Of a stretch of DNA of 58,346 nt, positions 18,505-28,210 are shown piece by piece. The notes beneath the pieces are model-generated. The model ran no database searches and was not told where the DNA came from. It was given only the letters and a program-made list of their open reading frames with translations. Source of the stretch: Pseudomonadota bacterium (GTDB lineage: Bacteria > Bdellovibrionota_B > Oligoflexia > Oligoflexales > CAIYRB01); contig JANOTL010000002.1 in the NCBI GenBank assembly GCA_031416315.1, positions 1 through 58,346 on the forward strand. The letters run 5' to 3'. How positions within the stretch are numbered: the first letter of the stretch is position 1; every line of letters starts with the position of its first letter. The translations under genes were made by a program, and so were the position numbers.

Positions 18505-19916
18505 GGCGGGGAGTTGTAAACAAGATCTGTTTATTATCTCTGCTGGCCGCGACGCCGGCATGCACCGCATTCCTCGGCAAGAAGGGCGACCGCGGGCACA
18601 AGCCGCCGGCAGGAGCAGGGTCGGGGTCGGGGGATGCCCTGGCGTCGGGTTCCGGATCTGGCGCGGGCACGGGCACGGGCACGGGCACGGAGTCGAAGCC
18701 GGCGAATCCGACGGCCCCCGCGCCGGTGCTGCCGACTGGGCCGCGCCTCAGCGAGGATCAACTCAATACCGCCTGGAACGTCTCCGACTACGCGCAGCTC
18801 TGTAAGCAGGAGCTTGGTCTGGCGACCGACAAGGTGCTCGCGCCCTGGAATTGCCTCGACGGCGTCGAGATCCCGATCACGGTCGACGCCGTGGCGCCGG
18901 ACGCCGCCGCCTACGCGAAGATGGCCCAGAGCCACGGCGGCTGCGACAAACCGTCTTGGCTCGGCGAAGAGCCCTGCTCCAATTACGCTTTCGTCCAGAA
19001 GCGGGAGCTGTCCCAGGACGTCACGGCGATGCTCCTCTGCCGCATGCGCGGCTTCGTCTCGCCGCTCGACAAAAAGGCGCGCCAAGCCAACTACGAGAAA
19101 GACCCGAGCTTCGAGAACTTCCGCCTCCTCTACGACTTCGACAGCTTGGGCCTCATCTGGTCGAACGCGAAGACCGGCAAGACCTGCTTCTTCGATTACG
19201 TCGGCAAGGTCTACGGCGGCTACGTCCCCTCGCCGGAGGATCCGAAGGAGCCGTCATTCGCCGAGCTGCCGAGCCCGAAGCCGCCGGAGAAGCTCCCGTT
19301 CGGCTCCGACGTCGAGCAGGTCTGGAAAAAGAATGGCAAAGACACCTGGAAAGCCCCGCGCGAGGTCGTCGAGAAGGACAACTGCGTCCGCTGCCACGAC
19401 ACCGGCCCGTTCAAATCCAGCCCCTGGCTCGACCAAGTGGTGAAGATCCCGCCCGCCGACCAGAGCGTGCCTTACCTCATCGTCGGCAAGGTCTTCGCGC
19501 CTTGGCACGACCGCTTTCCCTTGGTCTCCGTCTCGACGACCAAGGTCACGGCACCCGACGGCAGCGAGGAGGAGCAAGTCTGCACGAGCTGCCACCGGAT
19601 CGGCGCTTTGGCGACGTGCGAGAGTCACCTCTTGTACTCGACCGGCAAGACGGCGCCGGTGAGCCTATCCGCCCACGGGAAGAAGTTCTTCACGCGCGCC
19701 TGGATGCCGCCCCTCGACGAGGCGCGGAAGGAGGCCTGGGCCGGGAAGACCGACGCGGAGCTGCAGGCCCTTTGGGACGGCGCGTGGGATCATCATCTGC
19801 GGAAGCTCAAATGCTGCTGCGACAAGCCCAACGCTAAAGGCTGCCTGCGCCAGGATCTGACGCAGAGCCCGCTCGCCGCGGCGGTGCCTGGGACGGGCCC
19901 GGAGGAGTGCAAATGA
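18501..19916 (+). CDS. Di-heme c-type lipoprotein, hypothetical
   Basis: Lipobox-like TPAC, GS/GT linker, CVRCH and CTSCH, extra Cys; GTGA overlap with the upstream gene. Confidence 0.78.
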   Translation: MRRGVVNKICLLSLLAATPACTAFLGKKGDRGHKPPAGAGSGSGDALASGSGSGAGTGTGTGTESKPANPTAPAPVLPTGPRLSEDQLNTAWNVSDYAQLCKQELGLATDKVLAPWNCLDGVEIPITVDAVAPDAAAYAKMAQSHGGCDKPSWLGEEPCSNYAFVQKRELSQDVTAMLLCRMRGFVSPLDKKARQANYEKDPSFENFRLLYDFDSLGLIWSNAKTGKTCFFDYVGKVYGGYVPSPEDPKEPSFAELPSPKPPEKLPFGSDVEQVWKKNGKDTWKAPREVVEKDNCVRCHDTGPFKSSPWLDQVVKIPPADQSVPYLIVGKVFAPWHDRFPLVSVSTTKVTAPDGSEEEQVCTSCHRIGALATCESHLLYSTGKTAPVSLSAHGKKFFTRAWMPPLDEARKEAWAGKTDAELQALWDGAWDHHLRKLKCCCDKPNAKGCLRQDLTQSPLAAAVPGTGPEECK

Positions 19917-20845
19917 GACTTCTCGCACCGCGGTCGCAAAACGCCGTTCTCTGCCTGGTCCTCGCCGCGCTCCTCTCTCCCGCCGTCGCCTTGGCCCGAG
20001 GGGGCAAGCACCCCGAAAAGTCGGCTCCGGCCGCCGCCGTCTTCCGCGGCACCCGCGCCTTTTGCGACGCCTTCGAGCAGATCGCGAGCCCGCGCCTCGC
20101 CCGCTGCACCGAGGCCGACCGCGAGGCCCCCGGCGTCGCCGCAGCCCTCGACGGCCGAAAGCGCGCGCACCATCAATGCCTGGAGGTCTTGAACTCGGCC
20201 CTCGACGCGAAGCGCCTGAAGATCGACGCCGCCGCCGCGGACCGCTGCGCGATCGCTCACCGCGCCTACGCTCAGGACCCGAAAAGGCCGCGTGACAAGC
20301 TGCTTTACATGCGCACGGTATGCGACGCTGCGTTCATCGGCTTGCGTGGGCCGGGTGAAGCCTGCGAATCACCGCTCGAATGCGCCGAGGGACTCGCCTG
20401 CGTCGGCCTCGAAGGCGCGCCACCGGGAACCTGCCAGCAGCCGCTTAAACTCGGCCGTGCCTGCGTCCTCGACGCGATCAACGCCAGCGGCGTCGCTGTG
20501 CTTCTGGCAGACCTGCGCCCCGTATGCGGCAGCGGCTCGCACTGCGCCAGCTCGTCCCTCGACTCACGCTGTGCCAAGGATTTGGGCGAGAAAGCGAAGT
20601 GCAGCGGCCAGGACGCCTTCGAATGCGGCGTCGGTCTTCGCTGCGCCGGCGGCGCCTGCGTCCTCTCGACCTTGGGCGAGAGCGGCGCCGCCTGTGCGCG
20701 CGAAGGCGACTGCGCCGCCGGCTTCAGCTGCGCGAAGAATCTTTGCACGCTCGCCGCTGCAGCCGGCGCTGCGTGCAAATCTGACGACGAATGCCGCGGC
20801 GCCTGCGCCGGGGGCAAGTGCATCTCACGCTGCGGCTCGGGGTAA
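19913..20845 (+). CDS. Secreted cysteine-rich repeat protein
   Basis: Signal peptide, 26 Cys, repeated C-x4-6-C-x2-G-x2-C modules; ATGA overlap. Confidence 0.8.
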   Translation: MRLLAPRSQNAVLCLVLAALLSPAVALARGGKHPEKSAPAAAVFRGTRAFCDAFEQIASPRLARCTEADREAPGVAAALDGRKRAHHQCLEVLNSALDAKRLKIDAAAADRCAIAHRAYAQDPKRPRDKLLYMRTVCDAAFIGLRGPGEACESPLECAEGLACVGLEGAPPGTCQQPLKLGRACVLDAINASGVAVLLADLRPVCGSGSHCASSSLDSRCAKDLGEKAKCSGQDAFECGVGLRCAGGACVLSTLGESGAACAREGDCAAGFSCAKNLCTLAAAAGAACKSDDECRGACAGGKCISRCGSG

Positions 20846-20848
20846 AGC

Positions 20849-21532
20849 ATGAACTTTCGCGACTCTCCTCTGCGCCGCAAGGCGCCCTCCATCGACTACC
20901 GTGATCCGCGGCCGCGCAAGGCGCTGCTTTTGGCGACGCCATTGGTGCTCGGCATCGTCGTCGGCCTTCTCGTCGGCCGCGTGACGAGCCGTAGCGCCCC
21001 CGCGGCGCGCGTCTCGGCACCTCTCGCAGGCTCCGAAGCCGTCGCTAAGGCGGAGCTGGCGACCGAATCCCCCGCCGGCGGCGGCACGCCGTCGGGTCGC
21101 GGCGGCTCCGGAGCGCCTCTCGTCGCGACCGCAGGCGAAGCCGAGATGCCGACCGCTGCCGACGCGACCGAGGCCGCGTTTACCGCCATCGCCCCGACCG
21201 GCCCCATCCGCGCGAAGCATCATGCGGCGAGCGGCGAGTACGCCAACGGCGCCGTCAAGAACGTCATCCTGCGCAACGCCTCCGACATCCGCACTTGCTA
21301 CGAGAGCTACCTAGAGGCCGGCCCCGCCGTCGACGAGGGCAAGATCACCATCGACTGGCAGATCGACGCCGACGGCAAGGTCGTGAAGCCCGCGGTCGTC
21401 ACCAGTGATCTCGACGGCGAGAGCTTGGTCGACTGCTTGGTCGCGCGTTTCGCGGGGTTTGAGTTTCCGCCGCCGCCGGATCGGCGGAAGACGTATGCGG
21501 TGCATACGTTCGTGTTTCGGCGGGAGCTTTGA
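20849..21532 (+). CDS. Single-TM protein with an AgmX/PglI-type TonB-C-like C-terminal domain
   Basis: TM helix, Ala/Pro linker, IRTCYE...EGKITIDWQIDADGKV...CL...FEFPPP. Confidence 0.82.
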   Translation: MNFRDSPLRRKAPSIDYRDPRPRKALLLATPLVLGIVVGLLVGRVTSRSAPAARVSAPLAGSEAVAKAELATESPAGGGTPSGRGGSGAPLVATAGEAEMPTAADATEAAFTAIAPTGPIRAKHHAASGEYANGAVKNVILRNASDIRTCYESYLEAGPAVDEGKITIDWQIDADGKVVKPAVVTSDLDGESLVDCLVARFAGFEFPPPPDRRKTYAVHTFVFRREL

Positions 21533-21564
21533 GGTGATTGGGCGAATCGCAGCGCCGACCGCCC

Positions 21565-22146
21565 CTACTCCCGCCCCGTAACCACCGCCCCCATCTCCAA
21601 CACCTCGAAACTCTCCGCCGCCACCCTCTTCAGATCCCGCAGCTCGTCGTCATTCCACCGCGGATCCGGCGCCCCCGACACGAACCAGGCGCTGCCGTTA
21701 TCCGCGAGAATCATCCCGTACGTCTTCAGCGCCTGCAGCACCACCCGCGCGCTCGCCGAAACATCACTCGTGTCGAAATCCGCCTTCAGACGCACCCGCA
21801 TCCCCATCGGCGGCAAATTCTCGCTCGGATCGCTGCTGGCGAAATGCCGCGCCGGCGCCACGTATCCCTTCCGCGTCTTCGGACACGTGAAGCGCAACGC
21901 ATGCGCCACGTGCTTTTTCTCGACGACCTCGTCGTAACGCGCGAGGCCCGGAAAGATCGGCAGCCCCGCCGCATCCGCGGAGGTCCAGCCCGCGGGACGC
22001 TCGGCGTTCGAGCTCAAGTCGAAGACGGCGCCGGAACCGGCTCGCCAGCTCGCGCCACCGTTCTCGGGCACCGCCGCGAAGAGCTCGTAGAGCTTTTTCG
22101 CGTCGGCGTCGATCACCAGCACATGGCGATCGCCTTGGTTTCGCAA
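21565..22146 (-). pseudogene. 5'-truncated remnant of a conserved hypothetical protein (GDRH...WTSADAAGLPIFPGL family)
   Basis: Recognisable family motifs begin at about residue 5; an in-frame stop lies just upstream; no signal peptide or RBS; I see no continuation in other frames. Confidence 0.6.
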
Positions 22147-22538
22147 TCGCTATGGCACGACCGCGAAGAAGAACTTGCGTCGTGAGATTTCTGAGGGCCT
22201 GTTCCCCTTCCTGCCGCCTTGGCGCTCCGTGTCGCGAGATCCTTGAGCTTCGATCCGGACGGCAGATCGATGGGTTAATCCATTGATAGTGCTGAAGAAT
22301 TCGTTCTGAACGGACTGTGCGCGCCGACCCTCGAGCGGCCCGGGGTGTAATGCCCATAGGCCAGCTCTGGTGCCTGGCGTTATCGTAGAGTCGTGATTTC
22401 GAGACAGGGCCAAATGCCCGAATCGATGATCGAAACGCCGGAATAGTTCAATCGGGACAAGGATCGGCCGATGTCAGCAGCTCGTAGACGTGACCGGCGC
22501 ATGAGGAGCAGAGTCTGACGAGCTTGACCCCCGATATT

Positions 22539-23546
22539 ATGACGGAGTTCGCGAAACGCGCTCTGCATCCCTACTCCCTGACCGTGAGGGAGCTGGATCT
22601 CGTGCTCGCGCTCTTGCGCGGGCAAGTGACGACGCGCGAGCTCGCCGAAGAGCTCGGCATCTCCGAGTCGACGGTGTCGAACCACATCGACAACATTTCG
22701 AACAAGACCGGTCTCGGCGGCAAGTCCGAGATCCTCGCCTTTCTCGTGCAGAAGCTCTGCCGCTTCGTCGAGAACGCCCGCTACTTCATTCGAACGCCGC
22801 ACGTCCTGGTGATCGACGATCAGGAGGACGTCGCCGACCTCCTCGTCGAACACTACCGGTTGCACGGCTGCCAAGCGATGGCCTCGTACGCGGCGAGCGA
22901 CTCCTTGATCGAGACGATCCTGACGCACCGCATCGATCTCATCATCGTCGACGTGATGCTCGGCCAGGAAAACGGCCTCCACTTCCTCGACCGCGTCCGC
23001 GAGCGCTTGCGCTTCCTGCCGGCCTCGATCGTGATCAGCGCCGCGAGCCACATCAAGGAGTCCGACGCGTTCGACGCCGGCGCCGTCGCCTGGATGCGCA
23101 AGCCCCTCGACTCGGGCCGCCTGTTCGAGCTCAGCGTCAACGCCTTCATCAACGCGGACAGGCACGCCGGCCGCAAAGAGCGCACGCCGCTTCGAGCCAA
23201 CGTCCAGCTCGCCTCTGGCGGCAGCTTCGTCACTTCGGAGATCGGCCTCGGCGGCATGGCGATCGAGACCGGAGACATCCCGGTCGGCGCGCCGGTCCGC
23301 TTCCAAGTGCAGCTGCCCGGACGGCATCAGGTCTCGGGCACGGGAACCGCCATCTGGTCGACGTCCGATGCGGACGGGCCCGGCTCGGTCGGGATCCGCT
23401 TCGATCCGCTGCAGGATCAGGACCAGACGTATCTGCGCGAGCTGGTACGGACGCGGAACATTTTGTCGTTCCTGCCGATCGACGAGAAGCTCGGGGGCGG
23501 GGTGCCGTTGGTGCCGGCGGCGCCGAAGAAGAAGCGTGGGGCGTAG
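22539..23546 (+). CDS. LuxR-type HTH + REC + PilZ domain regulator
   Basis: LTVRE...ELAEELGISESTVSNHIDNISNKTG (HTH); VIDDQ...VDVML...RKP (REC); RHAGRKER...EIGLGG...GIRF (PilZ-like). Confidence 0.85.
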   Translation: MTEFAKRALHPYSLTVRELDLVLALLRGQVTTRELAEELGISESTVSNHIDNISNKTGLGGKSEILAFLVQKLCRFVENARYFIRTPHVLVIDDQEDVADLLVEHYRLHGCQAMASYAASDSLIETILTHRIDLIIVDVMLGQENGLHFLDRVRERLRFLPASIVISAASHIKESDAFDAGAVAWMRKPLDSGRLFELSVNAFINADRHAGRKERTPLRANVQLASGGSFVTSEIGLGGMAIETGDIPVGAPVRFQVQLPGRHQVSGTGTAIWSTSDADGPGSVGIRFDPLQDQDQTYLRELVRTRNILSFLPIDEKLGGGVPLVPAAPKKKRGA

Positions 23547-23689
23547 TTCGGTTCGGCCGTCTGGCCGTGTCCAAGGTCCCTTGCACCACCCTTGCACACC
23601 CTCGCCACCACCTTTCCACTGCCTCCGTCCTCGCCCTTGCACACGCCGACTCCACACTTGGACTCAGCAGCGCAAAGGAGATCGCCCGC

Positions 23690-24442
23690 ATGTACGTCCC
23701 CGCCACAGACGAGCCCCCGTCCCCGTCCCGCCACGTTTCCAGCCCCACCCCCCTCCGCCACGTCGCGATCATCATGGATGGCAACGGCCGTTGGGCCGAG
23801 AAACGCGGACTGCCTCGCATCGCCGGCCACCGGGCCGGCGTCGACGCCGTCCGCCGCACCGTCCGCGCTGCCCGCGACCTCGGGGTCGCGGTCGTCACCT
23901 TGTTCGGGTTCAGCGTCGAGAATTGGGGAAGAAGCGCCCTCGAGGTCGAGGGCATCTTCCGCCTGGTCGACGAGTTCCTGAGCGCCGAGGCCCGCGCCTT
24001 GGCAGACGAGGGGATCCGCCTCCGCATCATCGGCGACAAGGCCCGCCTGCCGCCGCGCACCCGCGCTCTGATCGACGAGGCCGAGCGCCTGACTCGCTTC
24101 GGACGCTCCATGACGCTCTGCGTCGCCTTGAGCTACGGCGGCCGCGCCGAGATCGCCAAGGCTTGCCGCGCGATCGCCGAGAAGGTCGAGGCGGGCGAGC
24201 TCGACTCTGCCGCCATCGACGACGCGGTCGTCCAACGTCACCTCATGACGCGCGATCTTCCCGATCCCGACCTCCTGATCCGCACCGCCAGCGAGAAACG
24301 CCTCTCGAACTTCCTCCTCTGGCAGCTCGCCTACGCCGAGATGGTCTTCCTCGACTGCGCTTGGCCCGACTTCGGCAAGCGCCAGCTCGAGGAGGCCCTG
24401 GGCGAATATGGGCGCCGGAACCGTCGTTTCGGGCTGATTTGA
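23690..24442 (+). CDS. uppS: Undecaprenyl-diphosphate synthase (cis-isoprenyl transferase)
   Basis: HVAIIMDGNGRWA, FSVENW, ALSYGGR, DLLIRT..EKRLSNFLLWQ; AAGGAG RBS. Confidence 0.95.
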   Translation: MYVPATDEPPSPSRHVSSPTPLRHVAIIMDGNGRWAEKRGLPRIAGHRAGVDAVRRTVRAARDLGVAVVTLFGFSVENWGRSALEVEGIFRLVDEFLSAEARALADEGIRLRIIGDKARLPPRTRALIDEAERLTRFGRSMTLCVALSYGGRAEIAKACRAIAEKVEAGELDSAAIDDAVVQRHLMTRDLPDPDLLIRTASEKRLSNFLLWQLAYAEMVFLDCAWPDFGKRQLEEALGEYGRRNRRFGLI

Positions 24443-24462
24443 GTGATGCTATGCTGCCGCTC

Positions 24463-25233
24463 ATGACGAACCCCGAGCTGATCCTGATCGTCGACGACGA
24501 CCCCAACCTGCGCGAGATCGTGCGCTTCGCCTTGGAGAAGGAGGGGTATGCCTCGATCCAGGCCGCCGACGGCAAGCTTGCGCTGGAGGCCTTCGCAAGG
24601 CACCGCCCGGCGTTGATCATCCTCGACATCATGATGCCGGAGATGAACGGCACCGAGGTCTGCCGCGAGATCCGCCGCGGCTCCGACGTCCCGATCATCT
24701 TCCTCTCCTCCCGTGACGACGAGCTCGACCGCATCCTCGGGCTCGAGCTTGGCGGCGACGACTACGTCACCAAGCCGTTCAGCCCGCGCGAGCTCGCCGC
24801 GCGGGTGAAGTCCTGTTGCCGCCGGTTGAAGGCCACGCGCGAGGCCGTCCTGCGCGCGGCCACCGCCACGCCGCCGAAGGCAGGCGCGGAGAAAGCCGCC
24901 ACTCGCGTCACCCACGGACCGCTCGCCCTCGATCTCGAGACCTTCAAGGCCTTTCTCGACGAGCGCGAGGTCGTCCTCACCGTCATGGAGTTCGGCGTCC
25001 TGCGCGCCCTCCTCGACCACCCGAAGAAGGTGTACAGCCGAGACGAGCTGATGACGAAAGCTTACGACGACAACGTCGTCGTCTCCGACCGCACCATCGA
25101 CAGCCACGTGCGCCGCATTCGCAAGAAGTTCGCGGCCCTCGGCTGCGACCCGATCGAGACGGTGACCGGCTTCGGCTACAAGATGGCCGACGCGGCGCAG
25201 CTGGCGCAGGCGGCCGCGGCGCCGAAGCCGTGA
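24463..25233 (+). CDS. OmpR-family response regulator (CreB-like)
   Basis: VDDD, LDIMMP, DDYVTKPFSPREL, DRTIDSHVRRIRKK, TVTGFGY. Confidence 0.93.
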   Translation: MTNPELILIVDDDPNLREIVRFALEKEGYASIQAADGKLALEAFARHRPALIILDIMMPEMNGTEVCREIRRGSDVPIIFLSSRDDELDRILGLELGGDDYVTKPFSPRELAARVKSCCRRLKATREAVLRAATATPPKAGAEKAATRVTHGPLALDLETFKAFLDEREVVLTVMEFGVLRALLDHPKKVYSRDELMTKAYDDNVVVSDRTIDSHVRRIRKKFAALGCDPIETVTGFGYKMADAAQLAQAAAAPKP

Positions 25234-26903
25234 CCTTCCGGCCGCGCATCCGGACGGTCCTCCTCGTCGTCAACTTGGTGATCATTCTCCTGCCGCTTCT
25301 GGGCATCCAAGCTTTGCGCCTCTACGAGAGCGAGCTGATTCGCCAGACCGAGTCGGCCCTCGCCGCCCAGGGCGCGGTGATCCGCGAGCAGTATCGCGCT
25401 TGGCTGCTGCACCGCCTCGGCCCCAAGGGTCTCGAGACCTACGGCCACCCGATCGACCCGCGCTTCGCCCCGCGCCCGGACGCCGAGCCGCCGAAGGTGA
25501 GCGCGGACGCCTCCGGCGACGGCGCCGAGCCCAACGCGCCGAAGCAGTCGTACTACCAGCCGATCCAGCCGGATATCGAGATGTACCGCGAGCGCGTGCG
25601 TCCGCGCGCCGAGGACGCCGCGCCTTCGCCCTTTCCCGCCGACGAAGACGCCGTTTATGCCGGCAAGAAGCTCAACCCGATCTTGCAGGAAGCGCAGCGC
25701 TACACGCTCGCCGGCGTGCGCATCGTCGACCATCGCGGCGTCGTCGTCTCTTCGTCGCGCGGCGAGCTCGGCCATCTCCTCGACGCGCGCGAGGAGGTGC
25801 AGAGAGCGCTCGCGGGCGAGACCATCGGCCTCCTGCGGCAGCGGATCAGCGACGATCCGACGCCGCCTCTGGCGGCGATCAGCCGCGGCGGCCTCGTGCG
25901 CGTCTTCTTCGCTTTACCGGTGACGCACGACGGCCGCGTGCTCGGCGCCATCGTCTTGTCGCGCACGCCAATCGACATCCAGAAGGCGCTCTTCCTCAAT
26001 CGTCACGTCTTGATGCGTTACGTCTCAGGGCTCCTGATTCTCCTTCTCTTCGTCTCGCTGCTCACGGCGAAAACGATCAGCCGCCCCGTGCAGGCCTTGA
26101 TCCGCCAAGCGGAAGACGTGCGCATGGGCAGAGACACGAAGCCCTTGCCGAATCCCGGCTCGCACGAGATCGACCAGCTCTCGCGCGCCGTCGACCAGAT
26201 GGCGCGCACGCTGAAGGACCGCGCCCGCTACATCGAAACCTTCGCGCGCAACGTCTCGCACGAGTTCAAGACGCCCCTGGCCACGTTCCACGGCACGGTC
26301 GAGCTTCTGCGCGACCACCTGGACACGATGTCGAAAGAGGAGCGCGAGCGCTTCCTCGCCATGCTGGCCGGCGACGCACAGCGCATGGAGCGCCTCGTCG
26401 AGCGCCTCCTCCTCCTCGCGCGCGCCGAGGTGTCGGGGCCGGGAGGCGAGACGACGCCCCTGACTCCGACCCTGGAGGAGCTGACACGGCGCTACGCGGC
26501 GAGCGGCCTCGACGTCCGGCTCGACGTCGCGCCCGAGCTCGCAGCCGCGCAGCTCGCCATGAGCCGCGAAGCGCTAGAATCGACGGTCGGCAACCTCGTC
26601 GAGAACGCCCGCCATCATGGCGGTAAGGGCGTTAAGGTCGAGATCGCCGCGCGCAGCGACCATGCCTTCGGGGCTGCCCTGATCACGGTCGAGGACGACG
26701 GCCCCGGAATCTCGGCGGCCAACCTCCCCCGGGTGTTCGACGCGTTCTTCACGACCGCCAGGGCCAGCGGCGGGACCGGGCTCGGCCTTTCGATCGTGAA
26801 AGCCTTGCTGGAAGCGCACGGCGGACGGGTCGAGGTCACCAGCGCCGGCGAGGGCCGGGGGACGCAGTTTCATCTTCGGCTGCCCTTGGCCGCCTACCGT
26901 TGA
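25230..26903 (+). CDS. Membrane sensor histidine kinase with HAMP domain (CreC-like)
   Basis: Two TMs, VSHEFKTPL, NLVENA, DDGPG, FFTT, GTGLGL; GTGA overlap with the response regulator. Confidence 0.92.
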   Translation: MTFRPRIRTVLLVVNLVIILLPLLGIQALRLYESELIRQTESALAAQGAVIREQYRAWLLHRLGPKGLETYGHPIDPRFAPRPDAEPPKVSADASGDGAEPNAPKQSYYQPIQPDIEMYRERVRPRAEDAAPSPFPADEDAVYAGKKLNPILQEAQRYTLAGVRIVDHRGVVVSSSRGELGHLLDAREEVQRALAGETIGLLRQRISDDPTPPLAAISRGGLVRVFFALPVTHDGRVLGAIVLSRTPIDIQKALFLNRHVLMRYVSGLLILLLFVSLLTAKTISRPVQALIRQAEDVRMGRDTKPLPNPGSHEIDQLSRAVDQMARTLKDRARYIETFARNVSHEFKTPLATFHGTVELLRDHLDTMSKEERERFLAMLAGDAQRMERLVERLLLLARAEVSGPGGETTPLTPTLEELTRRYAASGLDVRLDVAPELAAAQLAMSREALESTVGNLVENARHHGGKGVKVEIAARSDHAFGAALITVEDDGPGISAANLPRVFDAFFTTARASGGTGLGLSIVKALLEAHGGRVEVTSAGEGRGTQFHLRLPLAAYR

Positions 26904-26991
26904 AACCTTTACACATTTTGGGGTTTCAAGTTTTTCGGAAGCGGCTTACCTTCTTCTTACTGAAGTTCCATGCCGTAGGGAGGAAGCAATC

Positions 26992-28143
26992 TTGCGTCTA
27001 CAAGCTAAGTGTCTCGGTGTCTCCGCCGCAGCTCTCATGGTCTCCATGACGGCGCTCGCGGCCGACGAAAAAGCCGCCAGCGTCAACGTGACGACGGGCG
27101 CCGATTCGGCATCCCTCGGCGGCGAGTTCCGCGCCGAGCTCAACGTCAACGATCACAAGCTCGACAAAGAAGACGACTTCAACCCGAAGCAGACGACCCG
27201 CTTTGAAGTGCAGACCGCCCAGGTCAAGCTCGGCGGCATGCTGAACAAGAACACGGAATACAAGTTCCGTTTCAACTTGCTCGGCACCGGCAGCCCTTTC
27301 GACTACGGCTACGGCACGCACTGGGCCGCCGACACCTTTGGCTTCTCGATCGGTAAAATGAAGGTCCTCCAGGGCGGTTGGGACCAGATGGACTGCAGCT
27401 TCCGCGACCACGCGAAGAGCACGTACCGCAGCAGCATGATGACTTTCAACAGCTACGAGCCGATGCTCGCGTTGCACCTGAAGCTCATGGGCAAGGTCTC
27501 TCTCCAAGTCCTGAACGACGTCAATACGGCGGGGACCGCGGGCAAAATGAAGGGCACCTGGAACGAGAAGGAGCACCCGACCTGGGTCGCGGGTTGGCAA
27601 GGCGACATCAACGGCATCATGCCGCTCCTCTCCGTCGGCTCGTACGACAACAACAAGTCGATGTACTTCGACGTCGGCTTCAAGCTGAAGCTCATGGGCG
27701 TCGACTCGTCCCTCGACTTCAGCCAGAACACGACCCAAGTCAAGGGCGTGAACCCGACGAAGCCGACCGAGTCCAAAGGCTACAAGAACGTCGCGAGCAA
27801 CTTCACGCTCCACGCCAAGTACGAGATCAAGGACGCGGCCAAGCCCTTCCTCTACTTCTCGACCACCTCGGTGAAGCAAGCGGACGACAAGGACGCCGGC
27901 CTCGAAGACGCCGAGTTCAACTCCGCGCCGCCGGACTCGGCGACGGGCCAGCCCGTGAAGAAGTGGAACGACAACGGCCAAGTCCTCGGCATCGGCACCG
28001 ACCTGCTCATGTTGGGCAAAGGCTGGTCGCCGTACGTCGCCTACGTGATGGAAAGCGGCAAGTGGCCGGACCCGAAGAAGGCGACCGACGCCAAGAAGTA
28101 CTCGAATGGCCAGATCCGGATCGGTGCGCTCGGCGAGTTCTGA
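26992..28143 (+). CDS. Outer-membrane porin (possibly OprO/OprP-like)
   Basis: Signal peptide, alternating beta-strands, terminal Phe, GGGAGG RBS. Confidence 0.75.
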   Translation: MRLQAKCLGVSAAALMVSMTALAADEKAASVNVTTGADSASLGGEFRAELNVNDHKLDKEDDFNPKQTTRFEVQTAQVKLGGMLNKNTEYKFRFNLLGTGSPFDYGYGTHWAADTFGFSIGKMKVLQGGWDQMDCSFRDHAKSTYRSSMMTFNSYEPMLALHLKLMGKVSLQVLNDVNTAGTAGKMKGTWNEKEHPTWVAGWQGDINGIMPLLSVGSYDNNKSMYFDVGFKLKLMGVDSSLDFSQNTTQVKGVNPTKPTESKGYKNVASNFTLHAKYEIKDAAKPFLYFSTTSVKQADDKDAGLEDAEFNSAPPDSATGQPVKKWNDNGQVLGIGTDLLMLGKGWSPYVAYVMESGKWPDPKKATDAKKYSNGQIRIGALGEF

Positions 28144-28172
28144 GATACGGGGATCTTTCGCAGTAGCAGATG

Positions 28173-28200
28173 AGCCCCTCGCCTCCGGCGGGGGGTTTTT
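28173..28200 (+). terminator. Intrinsic terminator after the porin gene
   Basis: GCCCCTCGCC-TCC-GGCGGGGGGT followed by a T run. Confidence 0.8.
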
Positions 28201-28210
28201 CCGTTATTGA

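Noticed and set aside
15943..18570. 875-aa minus-strand ORF and similar long antisense ORFs (e.g. 106..1092, 5689..7059, 28482..29942, 49548..51521)
   Set aside because: Shadow frames of real high-GC genes; no recognisable motifs.
18612..18690. GGCACG-type hexamer repeats
   Set aside because: They encode the Gly-Ser/Gly-Thr linker of the lipoprotein; not a CRISPR array or separate element.
22150..22413. 87-aa minus-strand ORF as a frameshifted 5' part of 21565..22146
   Set aside because: No resemblance to the expected family N-terminus and no coding-like codon bias.
23368..24462. Long N-terminal extensions of ORF-track calls (23368, 24816, 32659, 35728, 49347, 51167, 2076, 53071)
   Set aside because: They overlap genuine upstream genes in another frame; true starts fit RBS or stop-start overlaps downstream.
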